A stretch of 64,000 bases of DNA from positions 1,216,001 through 1,280,000 of the forward strand of contig CBDCFW010000006.1 of the NCBI GenBank assembly GCA_965216465.1, given 5' to 3'. Position numbers and translations under genes: made by a program. The DNA comes from Bacteroidia bacterium (GTDB taxonomy: Bacteria; Bacteroidota; Bacteroidia; NS11-12g; UBA9320). The notes under the pieces were generated by a model. It did not search any database and had not been told where the DNA came from. It saw nothing but the letters and a program-made list of their open reading frames with translations. Of the stretch, positions 17,366 through 27,495 are shown piece by piece; the first letter of the stretch is position 1, and each line of letters starts with the position of its first letter.

Positions 17366-19438
17366 TTAGTTCGATACTTGCTTATTTGGAGCAGGCCTTA
17401 GGTCTAGGAATCGTGTTTTGTATCCTGCTTGACCATGGGCTAAACTTCTTAGTTGTGTTGATAAACCTACGGTTTCAACCTTAGGGATATGGGTGACCAA
17501 CCGGTGATTCTTTCCGTACGTCTCCATACCAATTACAGTGCCTCTTCTAGTTTGAACTTCCGTCATTACATCTCCCAAAGCAGCTTCAGGAACTGTAAGT
17601 ATTACTTCCATTACGGGTTCTAATAATGTTGGTTTTGCATCGCCGATGGCCTCTTTAAATGCGTTATATCCCGCCATTTTGAAAGCCATATCGTTAGAAT
17701 CTACGGAATGCATTTTACCGTCGAATATGATAATTCTTATATCACGAAGAGGTGCACCTGGAACGGCTCCTTGTTCCATGGCTTCGATTACACCTTTTTT
17801 AATACTTGGTATAAACCGCGTGTCGATAACACCTCCAACAATAGCGTTAATTACTTCAAGTTTACCTCCCCATGGAAGTTCAGATAGCTCTTGGCCTCTA
17901 ATGCTATAACCTTGTGGTGGGGCAATGCCTTCAAACCAGGGTTCAATTTTCATTTTGACCTCAGCAAATTGGCCGGATCCTCCTGATTGCTTTTTATGAC
18001 GGTAACTGCCTATCGTTGATCGAGATATAGTTCCTCTATAAGCAATTTTTGGTGCACTGAATTCTACATTAAGTTTAAATTCATTTTGCAGTATCCAACT
18101 GTTCACATCGAGTTGAAGTTCACCTTGACAACCAATTAACATTTGGTGTTGTTCTCCGTCGAAGCTATAGCGGAAGCTTGGATCTTGTTCTTGTAAGCGT
18201 TTTAAAGCCGCAGCGACTTTTTCTTGATCAGCTTGGTCAACCGCTTTTACCGCTTTTGAAATTCTGTCTTCAGGGTAAGGTGTAGGCTCCAATGGTTCTC
18301 CTACTCCGCCTACAGACAAAGTGTGGCTGTGTTCTGCTTCCTTTAGTTTGAGTACAGCACCAATATCTCCGGCTCTCAGCTCGTTAACCGCTTCGCGACT
18401 TTTTCCATCCATTGAATAGAGTTGACCAAGAGATTCTTCTGGTCTTCCATCAACACTCAGATTGGTAACACGATCACCTGTTCTGAGGGTTCCGCTGATA
18501 ACCTTAAAGTGGCTTACCTTACCTAAATTGGGTTCATAAGCAGTTTTATAGATAAACATACTTGCAGGTCCATCTGATGAATGGTGAGGGGGCATATCAA
18601 TTGGACTAGGGGCCACAAAATCGATAAAGCCCATTAGTCGACCACTGCCCATATCACGTTTAGCAGATAGGCAGAATACCGGGAAAATTTCATGGTTGAT
18701 CATGCCGATTTTTAAACCTTCTCTTAGCTCATCTTCGGTAAGTGTGCCTTGTTCTAAATAATGGTCTAGCAATTCTTCTTTGTTTGAAGCTGCCGCTTCA
18801 ACAATTTCTTTATGCATTTCTTCGGCTTTTACCAAGAATTGATCAGGAATTGGGAGCTTTTCAGGTTTACCGCCTTTATCATTAAACCGGTAAAGCTTCA
18901 TCGTTAAAGCATCAACTATTTCATGGAAATTTGATCCTTCCTGAACAGGGAATTGCAACGGAAGTACTCGACTACCAAAAAAGTCGTTGATGGACGCCAA
19001 GGTATCTGCCCAATTGGATTGCGGATGGTCAAGTTGATTTACCGCAAGCACAACGGGTTTTTTCATGGTGTCAATTGAATGCCAAAGAACTTCAGTACTG
19101 ACTTCAACTCCTTTTTGTGCATTTACGAGCATTACCGCAGTATCTGCAATGCGAATCGCGTTAAGTGCTTCGCCGATAAAGTCGTCAACACCGGGAGCGT
19201 CGAGCATATTAATCTTATAATGCTTCCAATCAACATGAAGAGGGGTTGTGTAAACAGATATGCCTTTTTCTTTTTCAACATCATGGTAATCTGACACTGT
19301 GGAACCGGCTTCAATAGTTCCAAGTCTTGAAATTTGACCAGCCTCCAGATGCATCGCCTCTGCGAGTGTGGTCATACCGGCTTTGGAAGCTCCAACCAAA
19401 GCAATGTTTTTGATGTGTTTATCGTCGTATGATCTCAT
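17366..19438 (-). CDS. fusA2: Elongation factor G paralog (EF-G2 type)
   Basis: EF-G domains (HKKQSGGSGQFAEV, DGKMHSVDSNDMAFK); divergent G motifs GASKAGMTT, DAPGVDDF, NQLD; domain IV insert ending LPWGGKL; ATG at 19438 preferred over track start 19537. Confidence 0.85.
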   Translation of the reverse strand: MRSYDDKHIKNIALVGASKAGMTTLAEAMHLEAGQISRLGTIEAGSTVSDYHDVEKEKGISVYTTPLHVDWKHYKINMLDAPGVDDFIGEALNAIRIADTAVMLVNAQKGVEVSTEVLWHSIDTMKKPVVLAVNQLDHPQSNWADTLASINDFFGSRVLPLQFPVQEGSNFHEIVDALTMKLYRFNDKGGKPEKLPIPDQFLVKAEEMHKEIVEAAASNKEELLDHYLEQGTLTEDELREGLKIGMINHEIFPVFCLSAKRDMGSGRLMGFIDFVAPSPIDMPPHHSSDGPASMFIYKTAYEPNLGKVSHFKVISGTLRTGDRVTNLSVDGRPEESLGQLYSMDGKSREAVNELRAGDIGAVLKLKEAEHSHTLSVGGVGEPLEPTPYPEDRISKAVKAVDQADQEKVAAALKRLQEQDPSFRYSFDGEQHQMLIGCQGELQLDVNSWILQNEFKLNVEFSAPKIAYRGTISRSTIGSYRHKKQSGGSGQFAEVKMKIEPWFEGIAPPQGYSIRGQELSELPWGGKLEVINAIVGGVIDTRFIPSIKKGVIEAMEQGAVPGAPLRDIRIIIFDGKMHSVDSNDMAFKMAGYNAFKEAIGDAKPTLLEPVMEVILTVPEAALGDVMTEVQTRRGTVIGMETYGKNHRLVTHIPKVETVGLSTQLRSLAHGQAGYKTRFLDLRPAPNKQVSN

Positions 19439-19696
19439 GGTTGCTACATGTTTTAAAGTTTGCGTGCAAGGTAGAGCAAACAAGTGTGTGGAGACTTGAA
19501 GATGCTCAACTTCTTGTATGATTTTGATTCGGGCCATACAATTTAGTAATTTTTGACCAATTTGCAGCGTATGTGATGTAAAATATCAATGGGAGTAATC
19601 ATAGCAGAGAGCAAGTTATATCAGTGATTATAATGACGCATATCACTTATGCGGTTCGAACTTGAGTGAACCTTTGTAGTATAATTTTGAATTAAA

Positions 19697-20980
19697 ATGG
19701 TCAACTATCACCGAGCAACAGCAGACGAAGCATTGCGCCTGCTTCAATCCGATCAAAATGTCTTCATTCACTCTGCAGTTGCTGCCCCTCAGTTACTTAT
19801 AAATGCAATGGTTGCTGCAGCACCTCGACTAAAAAATGTAAAAATATATCATTTACATACCAATTCAGAGGCTCCTTATGTGCAACCTGAGTATGAAGGA
19901 ATATTCGAAGTGAATTCCCTTTTTATTGGCGGAAATGTGAGAAAGGCAACGTGGGAAGGACGAGCTAATTTTATTCCCGTTTTTTTAAGTGATATTCCTT
20001 ATTTGTTTAGAAGCGGAAAGATTAAGCTCGATGTTGCATTGATTCAAGTGTCTCCTCCTGACAAGCACGGTTACTGCTCAATGGGTACTAGTGTTGATGC
20101 ATCTAGGGCTGCTATGCAGACTGCTAAAATAGTAATTGCTCAGGTGAATAAACATATGCCTAGAACACATGGAGATGGGCTTATTCATTATAGTGAAATT
20201 GATGCTATGGTTGATGGAGATTCTCCACTACCAGAAGTTATTCTTCCCGAACCTAACCCGATTGAAGACCGAATCGGCGAGCATGTTGCCGCATTAATTG
20301 AAGATGGTTCAACACTTCAAATGGGTATAGGTACCATACCGAATTCAGTCTTAACTAAGCTTAATGGCCATAAAGATCTAGGAATTCACACAGAGATGTT
20401 TAGTGATGGGGTAATTCCCCTCGTTGAATCAGGTGTAATAAACAATCGCCTAAAGGCCGTTCACCCTGGGAAAATTGTTTCTGGATTTGTAATGGGCTCT
20501 CAGAAATTGTATGATTTTATTGATGACAATCCTTTAGTAAACATGCTTGATATTGCTTATGTAAACGACGTTAGAACCATAAGGAAAAACCCAAAAGCGG
20601 TTTCAATAAACAGTGCAATTGAAGTGGATTTAACCGGGCAAGTGTGTGCTGACTCTATAGGTTCTCGATTTTACAGTGGGGTAGGTGGTCAGATGGACTT
20701 TATACGTGGGGCATCCTTATCTCCTGGAGGTAAACCCATTATAGCACTACCTTCCAGAACACTAAAAGGTGGGCGTAAAATTGTTTCCATTCTTAAACCT
20801 GGGGCAGGAGTAGTAACAACTAGAGCTCACGTACATTATGTAGCAACGGAATATGGCGTAGCAGACCTTTACGGCAAGCCAATCAAGCAAAGAATAAAAG
20901 AGATGATTGAAATAGCTCATCCTGACGATCAAGAGCAACTCGATGAAGAAGCTTTCTCAATTTATCGACTTCACCATTAA
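19697..20980 (+). CDS. Acetyl-CoA hydrolase/transferase (4-hydroxybutyrate CoA-transferase-like)
   Basis: SPPDKHGYCSMGTS, LQMGIG, GIHTEMF, SGVGGQMDF, ATEYG. Confidence 0.9.
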   Translation: MVNYHRATADEALRLLQSDQNVFIHSAVAAPQLLINAMVAAAPRLKNVKIYHLHTNSEAPYVQPEYEGIFEVNSLFIGGNVRKATWEGRANFIPVFLSDIPYLFRSGKIKLDVALIQVSPPDKHGYCSMGTSVDASRAAMQTAKIVIAQVNKHMPRTHGDGLIHYSEIDAMVDGDSPLPEVILPEPNPIEDRIGEHVAALIEDGSTLQMGIGTIPNSVLTKLNGHKDLGIHTEMFSDGVIPLVESGVINNRLKAVHPGKIVSGFVMGSQKLYDFIDDNPLVNMLDIAYVNDVRTIRKNPKAVSINSAIEVDLTGQVCADSIGSRFYSGVGGQMDFIRGASLSPGGKPIIALPSRTLKGGRKIVSILKPGAGVVTTRAHVHYVATEYGVADLYGKPIKQRIKEMIEIAHPDDQEQLDEEAFSIYRLHH

Positions 20981-20991
20981 CTCAGGATCAC

Positions 20992-21765
20992 CTAAATTAT
21001 CCCAGCTCCCATTAGGATTGCCAAAATGATAATCATGATACTAACGGTGACATGAACAAAGTTAATGGTTACTTTTTTGAGGAGTCTTTTGCCAAAAAAT
21101 GCTCCCGCAAAAGCAGATAACACAGCCGCTGTCAGCAGTCCGATGTTTTCTTCAATACCTATGTTTGAGAATCGAGTGAAGTAAACAGAAATTCTTGAAA
21201 TGTCGACTACAGATGCAATCATTACCCCAGTTGCAATGAAGGCCTCTTTTGATAATCCATACTTGATCAAAAAAGCACTTCTCAAGGCTCCTTGATGACC
21301 TGAAATTCCACCAAAAAAGCCACTAATAGCTCCACCTAAGAATAACTTATTTTCTGAAAATTGAAGGTTTTTGTAAAAGGGTACAAATTCCACAATCGCA
21401 AAAAAGGCCATGAGTATGGCTACGGCAAGTTTTACAGGAGTAATAACACAAAGTCTCGAGCCAATATAGTAGCGGGTGATTTCGCTGCCTTCTGTAAAAT
21501 ACATTAAAAGCCAGGCTCCCAAGAGGGCTCCTACAATTGCGGGGGCTCCAAATTTAAATACCACTCTCCACGCAGCCTGTTTTCCAACAATTGCCATTTT
21601 AAATAGGTTATTGAGTAGATGTACTATTCCCGTCAGTGCAATAGCGACTTCAACAGGGAAAAACAGAGCTAAGACCGGCATGAGAATAGTGCCCAGGCCA
21701 AATCCAGAAAAGAAAGTTAAAAAAGATGCAAAGAGTGCAGCTATACAAACGAGAACTATTTCCAT
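20992..21765 (-). CDS. TauE/SafE (sulfite exporter) family membrane protein
   Basis: FFSGFGLGTILMP and GFFGGISGHQGALRS repeats, about 8 TM. Confidence 0.85.
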   Translation of the reverse strand: MEIVLVCIAALFASFLTFFSGFGLGTILMPVLALFFPVEVAIALTGIVHLLNNLFKMAIVGKQAAWRVVFKFGAPAIVGALLGAWLLMYFTEGSEITRYYIGSRLCVITPVKLAVAILMAFFAIVEFVPFYKNLQFSENKLFLGGAISGFFGGISGHQGALRSAFLIKYGLSKEAFIATGVMIASVVDISRISVYFTRFSNIGIEENIGLLTAAVLSAFAGAFFGKRLLKKVTINFVHVTVSIMIIILAILMGAGII

Positions 21766-21796
21766 TGATAAAGCTACAAATTAAGCCAAATTTTGT

Positions 21797-22621
21797 TTAC
21801 GGTTTTCGCTCTAAAATTCGTTGAGCGGATCGCTCAAGTGCATCAATATTGGTATGAATCGAGCCATATTGTGTTATGGTGTCTACATCTTGGGCTTCAG
21901 CCATTATCAAAACAAATGCTGTGTCTTCTTGTGCTTGAAGCAAGAGACTACCCGTATTTTCTTCTAGGATAGAAAGATGGTACAAGGGGACATCTTCACT
22001 ATGTAACGACAATTTGCCTCTTCTCGGAAAGACAAATCCACGATTTTGCCCATTCGGTGTTGCAAGTTCAAAGTTTTCGCCTGCTTTGAGTTGAACGTCT
22101 AAGTAGGTGACATTTATAGGGATGTTAAGTGGAGATGTAACTCCGTTGTATTCACCTGCGATAACTTTTACATTACCAACTTGGGGAAGATCATCTGGCT
22201 GAGCATTGTTATACTCAGGTTGGCCTTCTTCGAGATGAGGTGGAAGCTGAAACCACAACTGGTGTATAGTAAACTCCCATTCTTCAGGAGCTCCTTCAGG
22301 TCTTGAATAACCTTCTGAATGCCAAATTCCTCCGCCAGAATTAACCCATTGGGCTCCACCATCTTTAATTATTCCTCCTTCACTGGCACTGTCTTGGTGA
22401 AGAATGTCAGTACCTTCTACATAGGTGATAATTCCTATGCCAGAATGCGGGTGCATTCCGATGCTGAATCCCTCGTCTGTTCGTTTGGAAGATCCAGCAT
22501 CGAAAAAAACAATTGGATTCAACTCTTTGCGAACTTCTGGTCCTAAGATGTATTGAAATCCATTTTTAGGACTTTGTAATCGCTTTATTTTTCGTTTTTC
22601 CTCCATTGTGTGACCCATCAT
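21797..22621 (-). CDS. Pirin family protein
   Basis: HPHSGI..HQDS..GGGIWHSE..QLWFQLP. Confidence 0.9.
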   Translation of the reverse strand: MMGHTMEEKRKIKRLQSPKNGFQYILGPEVRKELNPIVFFDAGSSKRTDEGFSIGMHPHSGIGIITYVEGTDILHQDSASEGGIIKDGGAQWVNSGGGIWHSEGYSRPEGAPEEWEFTIHQLWFQLPPHLEEGQPEYNNAQPDDLPQVGNVKVIAGEYNGVTSPLNIPINVTYLDVQLKAGENFELATPNGQNRGFVFPRRGKLSLHSEDVPLYHLSILEENTGSLLLQAQEDTAFVLIMAEAQDVDTITQYGSIHTNIDALERSAQRILERKP

Positions 22622-22632
22622 TTTATAATTAA

Positions 22633-23289
22633 TTAGGAACGTGCAACGCTTACGTCGATCGTAAAACCAATGTCGTTAGCAATAAGATAGTCAACTGGAA
22701 CACCAGAAGTACCTTCTGTATTGTAAGAGATTCCCCAAACAGTTCTATCTACTGAAAAGTCTTCAGATTGAATGCTAACTGCATCGTTGGTGATGTCAAC
22801 ATTTGCTAAAAATGTGATGCTCTTTGTAACGTCTTTGATGGTTAAGTTTCCGGTAACTTTGGAGTTATATTCACCGTCGTTTCCTTCAATTTTGGTCATT
22901 TCAAATTTGGTATTTGGGTAGTGCTCAATATCAAAAAAGTCTCCAATTTTAAGGTGTCCTTCAAGCTTGGCTTTTGATTCAGCATCTTCGAAGTTCTCAA
23001 CTGTTAATGACCCCATGTTCATAAGAACAGTTGCATTGGTTAAGGCGTCGTTTTCAACCTTTACTGAGGCATCTGCTAATGAGACTCTTCCCCAACGTTT
23101 TTGCATTCCTCCAAGATGAGAAGCTCTCCAAAAAACGAAGCTCGAATCTTTAACTTGAGCGTATTCGGTTCCGTTTTGATTTTCTGTAGTTGGAACTACT
23201 TCTGCTTGGCCGGCCTCAACTCTGTTTTGGTTGCTGCACGATTGTAAGAATAATCCACCGATTGCGATGGCGATAAATAATTTGTTCAT
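22633..23289 (-). CDS. YceI family lipoprotein
   Basis: Lipobox LQSC; LEGHLK..DFFD..YP, GNLTIKDVTKSITF, DRTVWGI. Confidence 0.9.
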   Translation of the reverse strand: MNKLFIAIAIGGLFLQSCSNQNRVEAGQAEVVPTTENQNGTEYAQVKDSSFVFWRASHLGGMQKRWGRVSLADASVKVENDALTNATVLMNMGSLTVENFEDAESKAKLEGHLKIGDFFDIEHYPNTKFEMTKIEGNDGEYNSKVTGNLTIKDVTKSITFLANVDITNDAVSIQSEDFSVDRTVWGISYNTEGTSGVPVDYLIANDIGFTIDVSVARS

Positions 23290-23307
23290 GATTTTTATAA
23301 GTAATTT

Positions 23308-24162
23308 TTATTTAAGTTGGCTCCAGTCTTGTTTTGAAGCCCATTGTTCAAATGATGATAAATTGTATTTTGAAAGTTCTTGTAAATCAGCCGAGTAGCC
23401 TGTGTCGATAAACCATTCGTACATCAATGCTAAATCTTCGCTAAAACTTCTAATGTTGTCTGGACTGAATCCATTGTATGCAATTGGTTTGCCGATAACT
23501 TTCGATAAGGTTGCCGCAACATCTTGACCTGAAATTTCGTCTCCGGCAATATCTAACCGCTGACCAAACATATTGTCACGCTCATTAACGGCGATAGCAA
23601 CCATGTTTCCGATATCTTCAACAGCAACTTGCTGTAACACTCGGTCTTCTGGCATGGCCATGGCTAGAACTCCATTCTTAAGCCCTTCCATCGAGTCAGG
23701 AAAGAAGATGTTCTCCATGAAATAAACAGGGGCAATAATGGTATGGTTTAAGCCAATTGATTTGATATGCTCCTCAACTTTAAATTTACTATCGAAGTGA
23801 GGTATGTTAGTATTATTGTTAGCATCTCCAACTGAATTGAAAATGAAATGGCCAACCTGAGCTTCTTTGGCTGCATTCGCCAAGGCAATTCCTTGTTCAG
23901 TTTCGTGTTCTGTTCCTTTTTCGAAAGGTGTGGTTAAGGCGAAAACCGTATCTACATTGCTCATTGCTTCAACAAGCTTTTGGGTGTCTGTAAAATCAAC
24001 AGAGATCATTTCTACCCCTCTGGCTTGTAGTGCTTTTGATTTATCAGAGTCTGTGTTTCTGGTTATTCCTATAACGTGATGCCCATCTCTTAAAAGGGCG
24101 TTAACAACTGAACCACCTTGTTGTCCTGTTGCTCCTGATACTAATACTTTTCGTTGAGTCAT
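23308..24162 (-). CDS. NmrA/HSCARG family NAD(P)-binding protein
   Basis: SGATGQQGGSV, PHFDSKFKVEE, FMEN. Confidence 0.9.
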   Translation of the reverse strand: MTQRKVLVSGATGQQGGSVVNALLRDGHHVIGITRNTDSDKSKALQARGVEMISVDFTDTQKLVEAMSNVDTVFALTTPFEKGTEHETEQGIALANAAKEAQVGHFIFNSVGDANNNTNIPHFDSKFKVEEHIKSIGLNHTIIAPVYFMENIFFPDSMEGLKNGVLAMAMPEDRVLQQVAVEDIGNMVAIAVNERDNMFGQRLDIAGDEISGQDVAATLSKVIGKPIAYNGFSPDNIRSFSEDLALMYEWFIDTGYSADLQELSKYNLSSFEQWASKQDWSQLK

Positions 24163-24181
24163 TGCTTAATTATTGTAGGTA

Positions 24182-24242
24182 CAAAGGTCATGCGTGGTGT
24201 ACCACCTGAAAAGGTAGTTTTGAGACCAATTAGGGTAAGTTT
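24182..24242 (-). promoter_or_regulatory. AraC-type promoter box, copy 1
   Basis: + strand CAAAG (24182), GGTA at +31 (24213) and +52 (24234). Confidence 0.65.
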
Positions 24243-25638
24243 AGTCCTGCTTCTTTTTCCAAATTCCTAGAATCAACTTGTAATCTTGAATATAGTCTTG
24301 AAGTATGTTTTTGTTTTCTAAACTTGAATGAGATTCTGTGATATGTTTTTTCATCAATCGTGAGGCATAAATGCCTGCAAGAATGTTCGAAGCAGCTAGG
24401 CCAATAAAGATTCCTATGGTTCCAAACTGCATTCCAATTAGGGTGAGTGGTACGGTAAATACAAGTGATTTTACCAGTGAAATTTTAAACGACTTACCCG
24501 TTAATTCCATTCCATTGAAGATGGCCATCGTAACCAGGCTAAGTGCATAAAGAACATAGCTCAATCCAACACAGTAAAAGTAGTATGCGGTTTGTTGCAC
24601 TACTACAGCATTGTCACTAAATATTCCAGCAATCGGTTTTATAAATATGAAAAGCACCATGGCCACGGCTATACCCAAATAAGTTGATGCCTTTCCGCCA
24701 AATTGAATGGCTTCATCTATTCGCTTATCGGCATTGGCTCCTGAGTTTTGAGCAATGAAAGGGGTAAGAGCGGTGCTTACAGATAAGATTCCAATCATCA
24801 AAAGCATTTCAATTCTACCAGCTACACCAAAGGCTGCAACGGCCATTGATGATTGCTTGGCCAAAAGAAAAGTTACGTAGGTTATCGTGATTGGTCCAAT
24901 AATCTGAGTCGCTATGGTCGGCCCTGAGAGTGAAAAAACCTTTTTAATTATTGTTGAAGTGTTCGCTAGTTTGAGGTGAAGTAACTTGTCTTGAAGCAAG
25001 AGCACAACCATCCCTATAAACAGAAAAATCCATGATATAACCGTAGCTAAGGCAGCTCCTTTAATGCCCAGTTCAAGGAAACCCCATTTTCCAAAAATCA
25101 AGGTGTAGTCAAAAAAGACGTTTAATACGCCTGCAATTCCCATAATTACTTCAGGTTTAGTGATGTTGCCTGATGCTCGAAGAATTCCGCCTGCAACAAT
25201 ACCTGTGTTCAGTAAGGGTATGCCCCAAAATAAGGGCTCAATGTATTGATGAATTAACGGTAAAACAACGTGATCAGCGCCAAGAAATCTAAAGATGGGT
25301 TGAATATTAAAAACAACCAATACCGAAAGAGCGGTAGAGATTATAGCTGTTAGCAATAAGCCATGAATTGCAGTGTCTTTCAATTTATCTTTTTCACCTG
25401 CACCAAACGCTTTACCTACCATAACCGATACTCCAACCGAAAGTCCAATGAACAAACTGACAACGGTAAAGTAGAGTGTAGATGCAAAACTTAAAGCTGC
25501 GAGTGCCTCATGGCCTAGCTTTCCAACAAAGTAGGTGTCGATAATTTGGAATAGAAAGGTTGAGAGCATTCCAAGACCAATAGGGAGGCTCATTAGTCTA
25601 AGAACCTTATTTGTTTTGTCGTGTAATATATCTGCCAT
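24241..25638 (-). CDS. MATE family efflux transporter
   Basis: IDTYFVGKLG..ALAA, NVFFDYTLIFG..LGIKGAALAT, AVAAFGVAGRIE. Confidence 0.9.
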   Translation of the reverse strand: MADILHDKTNKVLRLMSLPIGLGMLSTFLFQIIDTYFVGKLGHEALAALSFASTLYFTVVSLFIGLSVGVSVMVGKAFGAGEKDKLKDTAIHGLLLTAIISTALSVLVVFNIQPIFRFLGADHVVLPLIHQYIEPLFWGIPLLNTGIVAGGILRASGNITKPEVIMGIAGVLNVFFDYTLIFGKWGFLELGIKGAALATVISWIFLFIGMVVLLLQDKLLHLKLANTSTIIKKVFSLSGPTIATQIIGPITITYVTFLLAKQSSMAVAAFGVAGRIEMLLMIGILSVSTALTPFIAQNSGANADKRIDEAIQFGGKASTYLGIAVAMVLFIFIKPIAGIFSDNAVVVQQTAYYFYCVGLSYVLYALSLVTMAIFNGMELTGKSFKISLVKSLVFTVPLTLIGMQFGTIGIFIGLAASNILAGIYASRLMKKHITESHSSLENKNILQDYIQDYKLILGIWKKKQD

Positions 25639-25649
25639 GATTATGGGTG

Positions 25650-25710
25650 CAAAGGAGGTCTTGCTGGTTTAATTAAGAAAGGTAGAAAATGGTCTAGTAA
25701 AGGTAATTTT
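25650..25710 (-). promoter_or_regulatory. AraC-type promoter box, copy 2
   Basis: + strand CAAAG (25650), GGTA at +31 (25681) and +52 (25702). Confidence 0.65.
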
Positions 25711-25717
25711 GAGATGA

Positions 25718-26437
25718 CTACTTGTTCAATTTGATATTGATACCGTACATCAGCATTGAATTCAATTTTTCAGTATCTGGAAATTCTCTGGCATTAAAAA
25801 AGGTGCGGTGACTAAGGTTAACGAAAACCTGTTTAGATATCGGTAACAAAACTTGAATGTTGCTACTTCCACCCCAAATGTTTGAAGGGTTGATTCCATG
25901 AAATGTGCCAACGTTCCAATTTAGTATAGCTTTTTTAAGCTTGTAGTTGACAACAATATCAGTACCAACTGCAGGGGTCTGTATTGGCGACGATTCGATT
26001 GGTTTGAAATGAAAGTATGCAGCATATAGGTTGCTTTTGAAACTTAGTTTGCCATCTAGATTTGGCCTATATCCAACACCTATTCCAGCAAACAGTGATT
26101 GGTCTATGCGATAAGATAGTGCTGTGCCTGCAATGACCTGTGCTGTTCGATAAAACGTTTTGCCTCGATGAAGGTCTACAATTTGGTTAATCCACAAGTC
26201 ATTAATGATTGTGAAATCCTCAACATGTACATAAGTGTAGCTAATGTTAAGGCTGGTATTAAACATTGTATCTGTTGTTACTCTATTAAGCTGTGAGGAT
26301 ACACTTATTTGATTCAAATTTCCTGTTTGATAATTGCCCATTACCGAAGCCTTAAGGTGACTGTGTTTATTTGAATCTTGAGCAAAGCCTTGTAAGAAGG
26401 CCATTAATACTACGATGATGGATGCACTTCGCTTCAT
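25718..26437 (-). CDS. Outer-membrane beta-barrel protein (DUF481-like)
   Basis: Signal peptide from ATG 26437 (MKRSASIIVVLMAFLQGFAQ); GNYQTGN and alternating beta-strands. Confidence 0.6.
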   Translation of the reverse strand: MKRSASIIVVLMAFLQGFAQDSNKHSHLKASVMGNYQTGNLNQISVSSQLNRVTTDTMFNTSLNISYTYVHVEDFTIINDLWINQIVDLHRGKTFYRTAQVIAGTALSYRIDQSLFAGIGVGYRPNLDGKLSFKSNLYAAYFHFKPIESSPIQTPAVGTDIVVNYKLKKAILNWNVGTFHGINPSNIWGGSSNIQVLLPISKQVFVNLSHRTFFNAREFPDTEKLNSMLMYGINIKLNK

Positions 26438-26446
26438 AATTGGGTG

Positions 26447-26507
26447 CAAAGCACCGGCTAAAGTGCAAGCCACAAAAGGTCAATTTCAGAAAAAAGCGGG
26501 TAATTTT
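26447..26507 (-). promoter_or_regulatory. AraC-type promoter box, copy 3
   Basis: + strand CAAAG (26447), GGTC at +31 (26478), GGTA at +52 (26499). Confidence 0.65.
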
Positions 26508-26510
26508 AGG

Positions 26511-27392
26511 TTAGGATGATGGTGTGTTTTTGAACTCTTTTGGCGACATCCCAGTATGTTTTCTAAAGTATTTGAACATGTTGGTTGGCTCACCAAAATT
26601 AAGTTCGTAGGCAATCATTTTGCTTGATTTATCAGTTCCAAGAAGCTGTCTTTTAATCTCCAAAATTCTTCGCTCGTCAATTACCGATTTCGGTGAGGTT
26701 TTGAAGTAGGTCTTTGAAAGCTCTACCAATTTTTTGGTAGTGACTTGAAGTTTTTCAGCGTAGAACGAAACACTAGTCTCAGATTTAAAGTTATCTTCTA
26801 TCAACTGGCTAAAGGAGAAAACCAGTCTTCCTACATCTCCATCAGCAAATGATGATGCTCCATGCTGCAAATTCCCCATCTTTTCGCAGTGCATAAGAAA
26901 CAAGCAAAGCCAATGGTAAAATTCTTTTGATTTGTTTGCATCAGCAGACTGGTAAGCCTTGTTCATGCCATCACTCAAGCTTTTTAGCAACAACTGGTCT
27001 TTTTCAAAAACGTTTAACTGCTGACGTTCAGGATTGTGAGCACTCGAGAAGAAATTGTACAGGTGTGCTATGTCTTGCTCGTTCTTGTAGACAAATTCAG
27101 GCTTAAAAGTGATGGATTGCATTTCTACCGGTTGTTCAAACTTGTTGAAGTAATGCAATTGGTCTTTCGATAAGAGGATGAGGGTATTGGGTTCAAAAGA
27201 ATATTCTTTGAAATCAACATAATAACTGCCTCTGCCGCTGAGCACCCAAAAAATTACATGGAAATCGCGAATCGAAGGAATGAAGATGTCTTCAGTGGTT
27301 TGTAAGTGGTCGGGTGGGGTTAGAGCAAAGTCTCGGCCTGCACCAATATCACTCGACTTAAAATACTTTACTTCTGATGAATCCACAAACAA
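26511..27392 (-). CDS. AraC family transcriptional regulator
   Basis: Cupin-like N-terminus; SVSFYAEKL..IAYELNFGEPTNMFKYFRKHTGMSPKEFK; start uncertain. Confidence 0.9.
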   Translation of the reverse strand: MFVDSSEVKYFKSSDIGAGRDFALTPPDHLQTTEDIFIPSIRDFHVIFWVLSGRGSYYVDFKEYSFEPNTLILLSKDQLHYFNKFEQPVEMQSITFKPEFVYKNEQDIAHLYNFFSSAHNPERQQLNVFEKDQLLLKSLSDGMNKAYQSADANKSKEFYHWLCLFLMHCEKMGNLQHGASSFADGDVGRLVFSFSQLIEDNFKSETSVSFYAEKLQVTTKKLVELSKTYFKTSPKSVIDERRILEIKRQLLGTDKSSKMIAYELNFGEPTNMFKYFRKHTGMSPKEFKNTPSS

Positions 27393-27495
27393 AGATAATC
27401 ATGCCTGAAATATTTAAGATAGGCTTGAGCCAATTCAAATACTTGCGTTGGGCACGAACAATAACTAAATTCGTAGAAACCTAACCTAATTAATT

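Noticed and set aside
17366-19537. Canonical fusA, and the track start at 19537
   Set aside because: No rpsL/rpsG context and the G motifs are of EF-G2 type; EF-G similarity begins at the ATG at 19438
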